A stretch of 64,000 nucleotides of DNA from Candidatus Dojkabacteria bacterium (GTDB lineage Bacteria > Patescibacteriota > Dojkabacteria > GCA-002793355). This document shows positions 38,414 through 47,151 of this stretch, in pieces. Each line of letters begins with the position of its first letter. Positions within the stretch are counted from its first letter, which is position 1. The position numbers and the translations under genes were made by a program. The stretch is taken from NCBI GenBank assembly GCA_030583685.1, contig CP129470.1:479007-543006 (forward strand). The letters run 5' to 3'. The notes under the pieces were generated by a model that had not been told where the DNA came from, made no database searches, and saw nothing but the letters and a program-made list of their open reading frames with translations.

Positions 38414-39790
38414 CTATCTCGTAACTTCAAACGACCTCACCTGTTCCAGTAATGCCTTTGCCTCTGCATCGTTCTCAAAGTGATCCCGGACTGGCTGTAG
38501 GAGTGCGTTCAAGTACGTAACGACTGCGTTTTTCAAGTCAAGAGGAAACACCTCTTTATTGACATAGGCGGCTTCTAATTCTGCGTACGAGGTAAATGAA
38601 ATATCACCTCCATGTTCAGGTTTTCGAGAAATTACGAACAGGTCATTTTCAAGTAAGGGAGTTTCTCGCTTCAAATATTTTGCATTGAAAATGATTTGTT
38701 TACAGTAATCAAGAACCGGGTTATCCTCTGCAACTCCTTCAGGGCAGTACGCCTTGGTAATTTTTCGCTGTACCTCTTCATCAGTGTCGGTCATAAAAAT
38801 TGCCGTATCCGGTTTCGATTTACTCATTTTCATGGAGATTGTACGGTCTTGCGTATTTTCTGTGACGCGTATGGTACCCGGCTCAGGCATATCAACTTCA
38901 AGGTCGAAGTATTTCTCAACGGTCATTTGAGGTGATACGGTAATGGTACGCAATATGTCGTTGTTGGCATTTACAAAATTTATTTGAAAAGTGTCAACGT
39001 CGGTTTCGAGCTTTTCTGCATCTAATCCAATCTTTTTTTCGGAAGTATAGAACGGAACTTTGGCGTTATTGAGGATATCTTCCCGCTGGAAAAGAGTCAT
39101 TTTCTTTTCAACGGGCTTTTGCAACCCTTGTAACATGCCGTGACTGACGATGACTGGCTTCCAGTAACCAAGTTCTTCGCCAATTTCTCGTGCTAAGACA
39201 TTCACTTTCTGCTGATCAAGCCCAAGTTGCGTGACACGTGCCTTCATGACACCAAAAATATCTGCTGCTTGCATGCACGGGTAGAGGATTTGCCCTGCGG
39301 AAAGATCGTCGCTCTCGTTCCTTCCCATAATGGCGGTTGTGCGCAGTGCTCGTTTTAACGTGACAGCTTTTGCTACTTTCATAACCAACTCCCAATACCA
39401 GCGTTGGCCAACGAAATCTGAGGTCCACAAGAACTCTGTTTTTTCTACATTCATGCCGCTTGCTTTCCATACTTCAATGAAATATTTTCCGACGGTCTGA
39501 ATTTTTTCTAAATCTCCACCAAGTTTGTTGTTTAAAAAGGCAAACCAATCTGCTACCCACATGCGGAAGATAAATCCGGCGTCAATCATTTTATTGACGT
39601 TGATTGCGCGAATAATTCCTTGTGCTATGTGCATTTGTCCCGAAGGCTCAAAACCATCGTAAGTATAGAGTTGCTCTGATGATTGTAAAACTTCAGGAAG
39701 TTCGTTCGCTCCGATGAGCTCTCCACCGTGTTCGGTAATCGAAGTAATCAGGGCAATTCGTTGTTCTAGGGAAAGTTGTGACATATCCAC
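38414..39790 (-). CDS. trpS: Tryptophanyl-tRNA synthetase, archaeal/eukaryal type.
   Basis: GFEPSGQMHIAQG HIGH-region. LGLDQ. KMSKSKPDTAIFMTDTDEEVQRKITKAY closely parallels eukaryotic TrpRS [29 protein letters not shown]. 458 aa. Confidence 0.75.
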   Translation of the reverse strand: MDMSQLSLEQRIALITSITEHGGELIGANELPEVLQSSEQLYTYDGFEPSGQMHIAQGIIRAINVNKMIDAGFIFRMWVADWFAFLNNKLGGDLEKIQTVGKYFIEVWKASGMNVEKTEFLWTSDFVGQRWYWELVMKVAKAVTLKRALRTTAIMGRNESDDLSAGQILYPCMQAADIFGVMKARVTQLGLDQQKVNVLAREIGEELGYWKPVIVSHGMLQGLQKPVEKKMTLFQREDILNNAKVPFYTSEKKIGLDAEKLETDVDTFQINFVNANNDILRTITVSPQMTVEKYFDLEVDMPEPGTIRVTENTQDRTISMKMSKSKPDTAIFMTDTDEEVQRKITKAYCPEGVAEDNPVLDYCKQIIFNAKYLKRETPLLENDLFVISRKPEHGGDISFTSYAELEAAYVNKEVFPLDLKNAVVTYLNALLQPVRDHFENDAEAKALLEQVRSFEVTR

Positions 39791-39997
39791 TTACCTAATT
39801 TAACTCAGGCAAGGGCGATGGGTACGCGGTACCACCTTGCTTCCACTCAAAAAAGAGTGCTTATTACTGCTATTTCGGGCTTACCCGAAGGGTTCTACTG
39901 ACGCAGTGCGCTTTCTTCCCTTAGCTCAGGCGTGTAATTCGCCGTCAAAGCTCTGCCATATTGTAGCATTTTTCAGAAATGAGCGATATACTGATGA
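39791..39997 (-). promoter_or_regulatory. T-box riboswitch leader upstream of trpS (minus-strand RNA).
   Basis: Reverse complement of 39825-39840 is AAGGUGGUACCGCG, matching the T-box consensus AGGGUGGNACCGCG. Overlapping alternative hairpin GCAAGG...CCUUGC. Upstream extended -10 TGCTACAAT on the minus strand. Confidence 0.6.
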
Positions 39998-40804
39998 ATG
40001 GAAGAACAAACAAACAATAAAGAAACAGAAGTAAGTGTTGAGCAACCCTCTCAAGAAGGCACTGGTACCAATCAAAAAGTAATGAAATGGCCAGTGATTC
40101 TACTGGTTGTCACCTTATTTGCTGTTGTCGTGTCTTCTGTTGCAGGGTATTATGCAGGAAGAAAAAGTGCTATGTCAGAAAAGGAGCCAACTCCAACGCC
40201 ACTTGTGACAGAAACGCCAACCCCAACAGAGACGCCAGAGGTAACCTCAACCCCAACTGAAGAACCAACAGGAACTCCGACTGCTACGCCAACGCCAAGC
40301 CCAACAGTCGCAAAAGTAAAGAAAACCGGCTCAATCAAAGAATATGGGGGAGATTACACGTTGAAATTTACGTTTGAGGTGCCTGCTGATGTGGTGGTTT
40401 CTGAAACAAAAATAGGAAGCTGGAATGGAATTTTGATGCGACGCGGAACAAAAGCATTTATGGCATTTAACTTGCCGTACGAACTATACGAGCAGCAAGG
40501 CTACTCAAGCTTGACGAATGTTGCATCGGACACTATTTCTAATCTCAGAAGGGTCCGCTCGAAGAAGGTTTTTGCAAACTCGGGAAGCTACAGTTTTGCC
40601 ATTGCATATGTAACTCCAGGCTCTCTTCAAAGTGGTGCGAATTGTACCGATCCGGTTGTGTCTGAGCCAACATCATCACCGTGCGCGGTTCCTGCGTTGC
40701 AATATGGTTCAGGAATTGGTTTTAGTGCGTATTGTTCAATTGACACAACGTATCTGGCGATTTGCGATCAAGTCATGAAGACAGTGAAGGTGGTGAAGGA
40801 ATGA
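39998..40804 (+). CDS. Membrane-anchored secreted protein with a Thr/Pro-rich linker and a C-terminal globular domain.
   Basis: N-terminal TM. (T/P)-rich repeat TPTPTETPEVTSTPTEEPTGTPTATPTPSPT. Four Cys in the C-terminal domain. Confidence 0.4.
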   Translation: MEEQTNNKETEVSVEQPSQEGTGTNQKVMKWPVILLVVTLFAVVVSSVAGYYAGRKSAMSEKEPTPTPLVTETPTPTETPEVTSTPTEEPTGTPTATPTPSPTVAKVKKTGSIKEYGGDYTLKFTFEVPADVVVSETKIGSWNGILMRRGTKAFMAFNLPYELYEQQGYSSLTNVASDTISNLRRVRSKKVFANSGSYSFAIAYVTPGSLQSGANCTDPVVSEPTSSPCAVPALQYGSGIGFSAYCSIDTTYLAICDQVMKTVKVVKE

Positions 40805-40853
40805 GTTCAAGCACAAAAATGTGTTCCATTTTGCAAGATTTTTTTAACTGTCA

Positions 40854-41150
40854 CTAAGTTCCGTCGTTAGCTGTGCCATCGGGGTAACCCTTTGGATTTC
40901 CCGAATGGTGTACAGGGTTCTCGCCTTCAGTTTCTTTATCAGGTTCCTCGTCAGCAGGTTCCTCATATTCGTCGTCAGGGTCAGGTTTCGCGAGTGCCCG
41001 GGCCTGAGCCTGAGCCACCTCCAACATATACCGAGCATAAGCTTTATTATAGGGAGTTCCGGTATTTGTATCAACTGCATCAAGAAGAAGAATTTGTAGG
41101 GGTGTAGAAGTTAACTCTTCTCGTAAAGGGCGTTGATCTGTAGCATCCAT
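40854..41150 (-). CDS. Hypothetical, highly acidic 98-aa protein.
   Basis: ORF only. D/E/P-rich C-terminus. Confidence 0.3.
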   Translation of the reverse strand: MDATDQRPLREELTSTPLQILLLDAVDTNTGTPYNKAYARYMLEVAQAQARALAKPDPDDEYEEPADEEPDKETEGENPVHHSGNPKGYPDGTANDGT

Positions 41151-41167
41151 TATTACAGTTAGTAATT

Positions 41168-41680
41168 TTATTTAATACCTAACACAGATTTGTGTATTAC
41201 AAGTAAATCATCCTTAATGACACTGTCTCCGAATCTTCGATTGTACCATAGCAACCTGTCTTCTGTAACTTTGTCTGGCGGGTGTCCGCAATGGATAAAT
41301 GTGAAATCCGAGCATGTTTGCCAGTCGATAGAAGCTAATTTACGAAAAGGTTCCGGGTCCTGTACTATCCCCAAAACCAACCTGTTTGTAACTGTTTGTC
41401 CAGGATGTTCAGTTTCGAGCAAACCATTAGGTGTTCTATTTTTCCAAATAATAGAAGATGGTGTTAATTCGTCAGGATAAGGGAATGTTTTTTTTGGAAA
41501 TCCTTTATTGGCTTCAATCCAGTCAAATTCTGATAACCAAAACGTCGGGAGAGGAATTGGTGGCATATATTCCTCATTTTCATCCATACCTGAAAGGTAC
41601 CCCATAAAGTATTCTACCATACCTTGCTTGGCTTGAAGAGAAATAAATAAGTCTTCTCTCCATCTTCCAAAATTCCCCAA
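41168..41680 (-). CDS. Hypothetical 170-aa protein. The start is uncertain; alternative Met codons lie downstream.
   Basis: ORF only, upstream of and co-oriented with the acidic ORF. No recognisable domain. Confidence 0.35.
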   Translation of the reverse strand: MGNFGRWREDLFISLQAKQGMVEYFMGYLSGMDENEEYMPPIPLPTFWLSEFDWIEANKGFPKKTFPYPDELTPSSIIWKNRTPNGLLETEHPGQTVTNRLVLGIVQDPEPFRKLASIDWQTCSDFTFIHCGHPPDKVTEDRLLWYNRRFGDSVIKDDLLVIHKSVLGIK

Positions 41681-41700
41681 TTTCCTGTATAATACTCCTC

Positions 41701-44700
41701 ATGGACTTTCTGTCGATTCGCGGTGCGCGCGAGAACAATCTCAAGAATGTAAGTGTTGATTTACCCAAGAATAAACTGATTGTTTTTACCGGACTTTCGG
41801 GTTCAGGAAAGAGTTCCTTGGCGATGGATACCATCTATGCAGAAGGGCAACGAAAATATGTAGAAAGTTTGTCTGCGTATGCTCGGCAATTTCTCGGTGA
41901 GCTCAGAAAGCCTGATGTCGATAAAATTGAAGGGTTGTCTCCGTCAATTGCGATCGATCAGAAGACGGTGTCGCATAATCCTCGCTCGACTGTTGGAACA
42001 ATTACCGAAATTTATGATTATCTCCGTTTATTGTATGCACGGGTTGGAACGGCTCATTGTCCACAATGTGGAGCGGTTTTGACCTCGCAGACCATTGATC
42101 AGGTTGTGGATGGATTGTTAACGAAAATCAAGAAAGAGTACAAAACGGATAAAATTGTTCAGAAATTTGGCTTTCGGTTTATGATTACCGCCGTACCGAT
42201 TTCTGGTCGAAAGGGTGAGTACGAACAGGTTTTCATGAACTTGCGGAAGCAGGGATGGAACTTAGTGCGGGTCGATGGTGAGTACATCGATTTAAAACTA
42301 ATGTTACCGCAACTTGATAAATATAAGCAGCATGATATTGAAGTAGTCATTGACACCTTAAGTGTGTCGCGGCATGCTTTTGACGATGAGACGTTTTTGA
42401 AAGAGTTACGCTCTCGAATTTTTCAATCGGTTGAGGCGGCTTTGAAAATTCAACCAACCTTTGTCCGAATTATTGAAATTCGAGACCCGCAACCGGGTAT
42501 GCCTGCCAAACCCGACGTGACCTTGAACCATGATTACAGTGTGAGCAAAAGTTGTAAGCAGTGTGGTATTTCTGTTCCGGATTTTGAGCCTCGAGACTTT
42601 TCATTTAACTCTCCGCATGGAGCGTGTTCAACGTGTGACGGACTTGGGGTTATTAAGAAAATTTCGACGGAGGGAATAATTGATGGTAAGCGTTCAATTC
42701 TCGCAGGTGGCATTATGCCGTATGCAAAAATGCTTGAACGAGATTCTTATTTCCGCAGGTTGCTTGAAATTGTTTGTGATGAGCATACTATTTCAATCCA
42801 CACACCAGTGAGTATGTTAACGGAAGGGAAATTGAATACCATCCTCTATGGAACTGGCGATAAAAAATACAAAGTTACGTATTTCTCTAGCCAAGATGGT
42901 TCTGAGCGGTCCTTGTTCACAAAATATGAAGGGATTATTCCGAATCTTGAGCGTCGTTACAAAGAAACGAATTCTGATTTTATTCGAACAGAAATTGAAA
43001 AGTTTATGACGACGGTAACGTGTCCAGATTGTCAGGGAAAGCGATTAAAAGATATGGTGCTTGCAGTTACTATCGCGGGTAAGAATATTGCTGAAGTTTG
43101 CGATATGACGATTAAGGATTTCACCGCAGACGTTACTGCGTTTCCGAAAAACCTTGATGAGAAATCAATGCTGATTGCGCAGCCGGTCATTAAAGAAATC
43201 TTATTACGAAGTCAGTTCTTGTTGGATGTTGGCCTTGAGTATTTGACTGTCAGTCGAACGGCAACGACCCTTTCAGGAGGAGAAGCGCAGCGAATTCGCT
43301 TAGCAAGTCAAATTGGGACAGGATTGTCGGGGGTTATTTATGTGTTAGACGAACCTTCAATCGGACTTCATGCACGAGATCAACATCGATTGATTACGAC
43401 ACTCAAACAACTGCGGGATTTAGGCAATACAGTTATTGTTGTTGAACATGATCGAGACACGATGATGAATGCAGATGTACTAGTTGATTTTGGTAAAGGT
43501 GCGGGAAATAACGGTGGAGAAATCGTTGCAATCGGTACTCCTGAAGAAGTCATGAAGAATGTAAACTCCGTAACGGGGCCATATCTTTCAGGAAAGAAAA
43601 ACATTGCAAAAGAAGTTTCCAAAATCGTGGAAGCAAATAAAGACAAGAACAAAAAATTGACCTTGGCTCAGGTGCAACAACAACGAAATCGCGCTGCTGA
43701 TCGATACATCGAGTTGTCAGGCGCAAAAACGCACAACTTGAAAGATGTTACGGTGAAGTTCCCGTTGGGTAAATTTGTTTGTGTCACCGGTGTTTCTGGT
43801 TCAGGGAAAAGCTCCTTGGTGGTTGAAACACTTCTCCCTGCACTCAAAAAAACCTTAGGACTTCGAGTTGATAGCCCAGATACTGAATACAAAAATATCT
43901 ATATTTCCGATGTCGTAGACAAAATGTTGTACATTGATCAATCACCTATTGGTCGAACGCCTCGAAGTAATCCAGCAACCTATACAAAGGTGTTTGATGA
44001 TATCAGAGAATTATTTGCGCAAACAAAAGATTCAAAAGTCCGCGGCTATACGGCGAGTCGTTTTAGTTTCAATTTGAAAGGTGGACGATGCGAAGCGTGT
44101 AAAGGAGAGGGCAAAATCAAAATTGAGATGCAGTTCATGCCAGATGTGTATATCAATTGTGACGTTTGTCACGGGAAACGATATGTGTCAGAAGTATTGG
44201 ATGTTTTGTACAAAGGCAAGAATGTCTCCGAAGTACTGAATATGTCTGTTGACGAAGCTGCCGGTTTCTTTTCAGAAATTTCCTCAATTCGCGAGAAGTT
44301 TGAAGTGTTGCAGCAGGTAGGACTTGGTTATTTAAAAATTGGAGAACCTGCCCCGATGTTGTCAGGTGGAGAGGCACAGCGAGTTAAGTTGTCTGCAGAA
44401 CTTGGTCGTCGCTCAACGGGTAAGACCATTTATATTCTTGATGAACCGACAACGGGGTTGCATTTCGCAGATATCGAAAAGTTGGTTGCAGTACTCAAAA
44501 CCCTCGTTGCAGGCGGGAATAGCGTGTTTGTTATTGAGCACAACCTTGATTTTATCGCAGAAGCTGATCATTTGATTGATCTTGGTCCTGAAGGGGGAAG
44601 TGGCGGTGGACAGATTATTGCCACAGGAAGTGTTGCGGAAATCCGTAAAAATCCAAAAAGCTGGACCGGAAGGATGATGAAAGAGGAATTACATAGGTAA
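41701..44700 (+). CDS. uvrA: Excinuclease ABC subunit A.
   Basis: Two ABC modules ([22 protein letters not shown]). ABC signatures LSGGEAQR. Zinc-finger Cys clusters. 999 aa. TGTATAAT at 41686-41693. Confidence 0.95.
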   Translation: MDFLSIRGARENNLKNVSVDLPKNKLIVFTGLSGSGKSSLAMDTIYAEGQRKYVESLSAYARQFLGELRKPDVDKIEGLSPSIAIDQKTVSHNPRSTVGTITEIYDYLRLLYARVGTAHCPQCGAVLTSQTIDQVVDGLLTKIKKEYKTDKIVQKFGFRFMITAVPISGRKGEYEQVFMNLRKQGWNLVRVDGEYIDLKLMLPQLDKYKQHDIEVVIDTLSVSRHAFDDETFLKELRSRIFQSVEAALKIQPTFVRIIEIRDPQPGMPAKPDVTLNHDYSVSKSCKQCGISVPDFEPRDFSFNSPHGACSTCDGLGVIKKISTEGIIDGKRSILAGGIMPYAKMLERDSYFRRLLEIVCDEHTISIHTPVSMLTEGKLNTILYGTGDKKYKVTYFSSQDGSERSLFTKYEGIIPNLERRYKETNSDFIRTEIEKFMTTVTCPDCQGKRLKDMVLAVTIAGKNIAEVCDMTIKDFTADVTAFPKNLDEKSMLIAQPVIKEILLRSQFLLDVGLEYLTVSRTATTLSGGEAQRIRLASQIGTGLSGVIYVLDEPSIGLHARDQHRLITTLKQLRDLGNTVIVVEHDRDTMMNADVLVDFGKGAGNNGGEIVAIGTPEEVMKNVNSVTGPYLSGKKNIAKEVSKIVEANKDKNKKLTLAQVQQQRNRAADRYIELSGAKTHNLKDVTVKFPLGKFVCVTGVSGSGKSSLVVETLLPALKKTLGLRVDSPDTEYKNIYISDVVDKMLYIDQSPIGRTPRSNPATYTKVFDDIRELFAQTKDSKVRGYTASRFSFNLKGGRCEACKGEGKIKIEMQFMPDVYINCDVCHGKRYVSEVLDVLYKGKNVSEVLNMSVDEAAGFFSEISSIREKFEVLQQVGLGYLKIGEPAPMLSGGEAQRVKLSAELGRRSTGKTIYILDEPTTGLHFADIEKLVAVLKTLVAGGNSVFVIEHNLDFIAEADHLIDLGPEGGSGGGQIIATGSVAEIRKNPKSWTGRMMKEELHR

Positions 44701-44706
44701 GGTTTA

Positions 44707-44997
44707 TTGAAGCGGAGTAAAAACCTAAGGAGGAATATACTGATGAACAAAGAGTTTGAAGGGGGAAAATGCGAGGGGAAGGAGCACGTTGTTTCCTTTG
44801 AGGAAGATCCTCGTATCTATATGACAATTGAAGATGCAGAAGAAACGGTCTTATCAGAAAGCTCTCACCTGTGTCCAAGGTGTCCTATTCGTATTAAGAA
44901 GTGCGTTCCGATTGTTGATAGGTGGGTACCACAAACGAAGAGAATGAATAAGGGGGCTACTGCCGTAGTACATCCAAAAGCAGTAACCCCTCTTTAG
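44707..44997 (+). CDS. Small hypothetical protein with a CPRCP Cys pair.
   Basis: ORF only. Confidence 0.25.
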   Translation: MKRSKNLRRNILMNKEFEGGKCEGKEHVVSFEEDPRIYMTIEDAEETVLSESSHLCPRCPIRIKKCVPIVDRWVPQTKRMNKGATAVVHPKAVTPL

Positions 44998-45014
44998 TTG
45001 CTATAATTCCTTTA

Positions 45015-46343
45015 ATGAACTCCGAAAAGTTGGTGAAAAAGATTTCAAATTTACCTAATACTCCAGGTTGTTATCTGTATTTCAACGACAAAAAAGAAGT
45101 TATTTATGTTGGAAAAGCAAAAAATATCAAGAATCGTGTTTCTAGTTACTTTGTCGCGACCTACAAAGGACCAAAGACCGAAGCGTTAGTATCGCAAATT
45201 GCCGATTTTGAAGTCATTCAAGTTCGCTCTGAAATTGAAGCATTTCTTTTGGAAGCAGCATTAATCAAGCAATATAGACCACACTATAACATTTCGTTGA
45301 AAGACGACAAATCGTATAAATATATTGTTGCTCAGGATTATGATATTACCTATGAGGGGAAAAAATATACCTTCACGAAAATTTTTGGAGTTCATGGTAA
45401 ATTGTTAAAACGCGCAAGGTTTTATGGTCCGTTTCCTGATGGCTCCTTAGTGAATGCCGTACTTCGGCAATTACGAAAAATTTATCCTCATTGTGAATAT
45501 GGAAAAATAAAAATCCAACAGTCTCTGAAAAGTGGGAGAGCCTGTTTATACGCGCATCTTGGGTTGTGTACAGGAGCTTGCGGTGATATCACTCAATATA
45601 CACAAAACAGAAAAAATGTGAATGAGTTGGAAAAGTTTCTTGAGAAAGGGTATTCACGGGCAATTGAAGATTTGGAAAAAAGAATGAGACTGTTAGCAGG
45701 AGAAGAGCAATTCGAGGCAGCGAAAGAAATTCGCGATACTCTCGGGAAATTGCAACAGTTAGAAACTGCAAGTATTTTACCTGATCAGTATGTAGATAAT
45801 CCAAATCTCATGGAGGATATTTATCGAGAAAGAGCGCAGCGAATTGCAGCGTTCCTGCAGATTTCTTCAGCGGAAAGGATTGAGTGCTACGATATCTCGA
45901 ACATGATGGAACAATGGACGGTTGGTTCGATGGTCGTGAGTGAGAACGGAAAACTTGAGAAGTCGCAATATCGAAAATTTCGTATTAAATACACGAAAGG
46001 AATTTCAGATTTTGGCATGATGAAAGAGATTTTGTCACGAAGGATACACAAAGCAGAATGGAAACATCCGACTCTCCTCCTTATTGATGGCGGGAAGGGG
46101 CAGGTGAGTGCAGTGCTGGATGCAATAAAAGGTACCGCATTTGAAAAGATTCCGGTAATAGGTATTTTCAAGCCGCATGACTATTTTCTACAACAGCGTG
46201 CTGGTAAATGGAAAATCACAAAAGTTCAAAAAAACGATATAGGTTATCTGCATCTCAGAGAGCTTCGAGATGAAGCACATCGCTTTGCAAATCGTTATCG
46301 AAAAGTGAGAATGAAGAATGAAGGTGAACTCGCAAAAGCATAG
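45015..46343 (+). CDS. uvrC: Excinuclease ABC subunit C, short form lacking the C-terminal (HhH)2 domain.
   Basis: GIY-YIG (GCYLYFNDKKEVIYVGKAKNIKNRVSSYF). UvrBC motif EQFEAAKEIRD. RNaseH-like endonuclease domain (LLLIDGGKGQ). 442 aa. Confidence 0.8.
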   Translation: MNSEKLVKKISNLPNTPGCYLYFNDKKEVIYVGKAKNIKNRVSSYFVATYKGPKTEALVSQIADFEVIQVRSEIEAFLLEAALIKQYRPHYNISLKDDKSYKYIVAQDYDITYEGKKYTFTKIFGVHGKLLKRARFYGPFPDGSLVNAVLRQLRKIYPHCEYGKIKIQQSLKSGRACLYAHLGLCTGACGDITQYTQNRKNVNELEKFLEKGYSRAIEDLEKRMRLLAGEEQFEAAKEIRDTLGKLQQLETASILPDQYVDNPNLMEDIYRERAQRIAAFLQISSAERIECYDISNMMEQWTVGSMVVSENGKLEKSQYRKFRIKYTKGISDFGMMKEILSRRIHKAEWKHPTLLLIDGGKGQVSAVLDAIKGTAFEKIPVIGIFKPHDYFLQQRAGKWKITKVQKNDIGYLHLRELRDEAHRFANRYRKVRMKNEGELAKA

Positions 46344-46374
46344 CGTAATCTGGTAAATGTTGCTATACTGACCT

Positions 46375-47151
46375 ATGCCTCTTTCTTTTTTACGCAAAAA
46401 GAAAATTCGAACCTCCACTGAGAATCAGACGCGGGTCATTGCTCGGAACGGAAAACGTGAAGAAATGTATGATTCTGTTGAAGCAGGTCTATTTCCTGCT
46501 CGAGTGGCTTCACGCCAAGGGGTCAAACGCGTTAAGTTGGCAATTCAAATAGCACTTCTTACGGTTATTGCGATTGTTGTCGCGAGTTATTTTGGGCTCA
46601 TTGAACCGGTAAGGAAATTACTCCAACCGTTACAAGTCGGGAATGGAGGGCTTGTTGTTTCTTCGGATTATGTGCGTACGCAGGTGTCGCTTAATGGTAA
46701 ACTGCTTGGACAAACGCCTTTCTCGAGTGAAACGATTCCTGCAGGGAGACATCAACTGTCAATCGAGGTAGCAGAAAATCCTACAGATTTTTTTCAAAAA
46801 GCGACCATGGACATTGTCATTTACCCAGGAAATACAACGTTCGTTAAGGCAAATCCCGCACCAGATCAAGAATTATTCGGGTATACGGTAGTGACGTCTC
46901 GAAACCGAGCAGGTGGAGATCCGCTGTTAGTTGTTAAAGCACTTCCTGACGATGTTCAAATCAGAATAGATGGGAATATAGTAGGTTCAGCCCCATTTGT
47001 GAGTGAAAGCGTAACAGAAGGACCACATCAAATTCAACTGGACAAAACGGGGTACAAGCCTGTGTTACTTGACATAACCATCGATCATCGTAAAGTTATT
47101 GAAATAGAAGGGAAGTTGTATCAATATCAAGTAACAATCGAGAGAGAATGA
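46375..47151 (+). CDS. PEGA-domain protein (two PEGA repeats), membrane-anchored.
   Basis: TM helix, then two ~70-aa PEGA-like repeats (VSLNGKLLGQTPF...AGRHQL; IRIDGNIVGSAPF...GPHQIQLDKTGYKP). Confidence 0.7.
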   Translation: MPLSFLRKKKIRTSTENQTRVIARNGKREEMYDSVEAGLFPARVASRQGVKRVKLAIQIALLTVIAIVVASYFGLIEPVRKLLQPLQVGNGGLVVSSDYVRTQVSLNGKLLGQTPFSSETIPAGRHQLSIEVAENPTDFFQKATMDIVIYPGNTTFVKANPAPDQELFGYTVVTSRNRAGGDPLLVVKALPDDVQIRIDGNIVGSAPFVSESVTEGPHQIQLDKTGYKPVLLDITIDHRKVIEIEGKLYQYQVTIERE

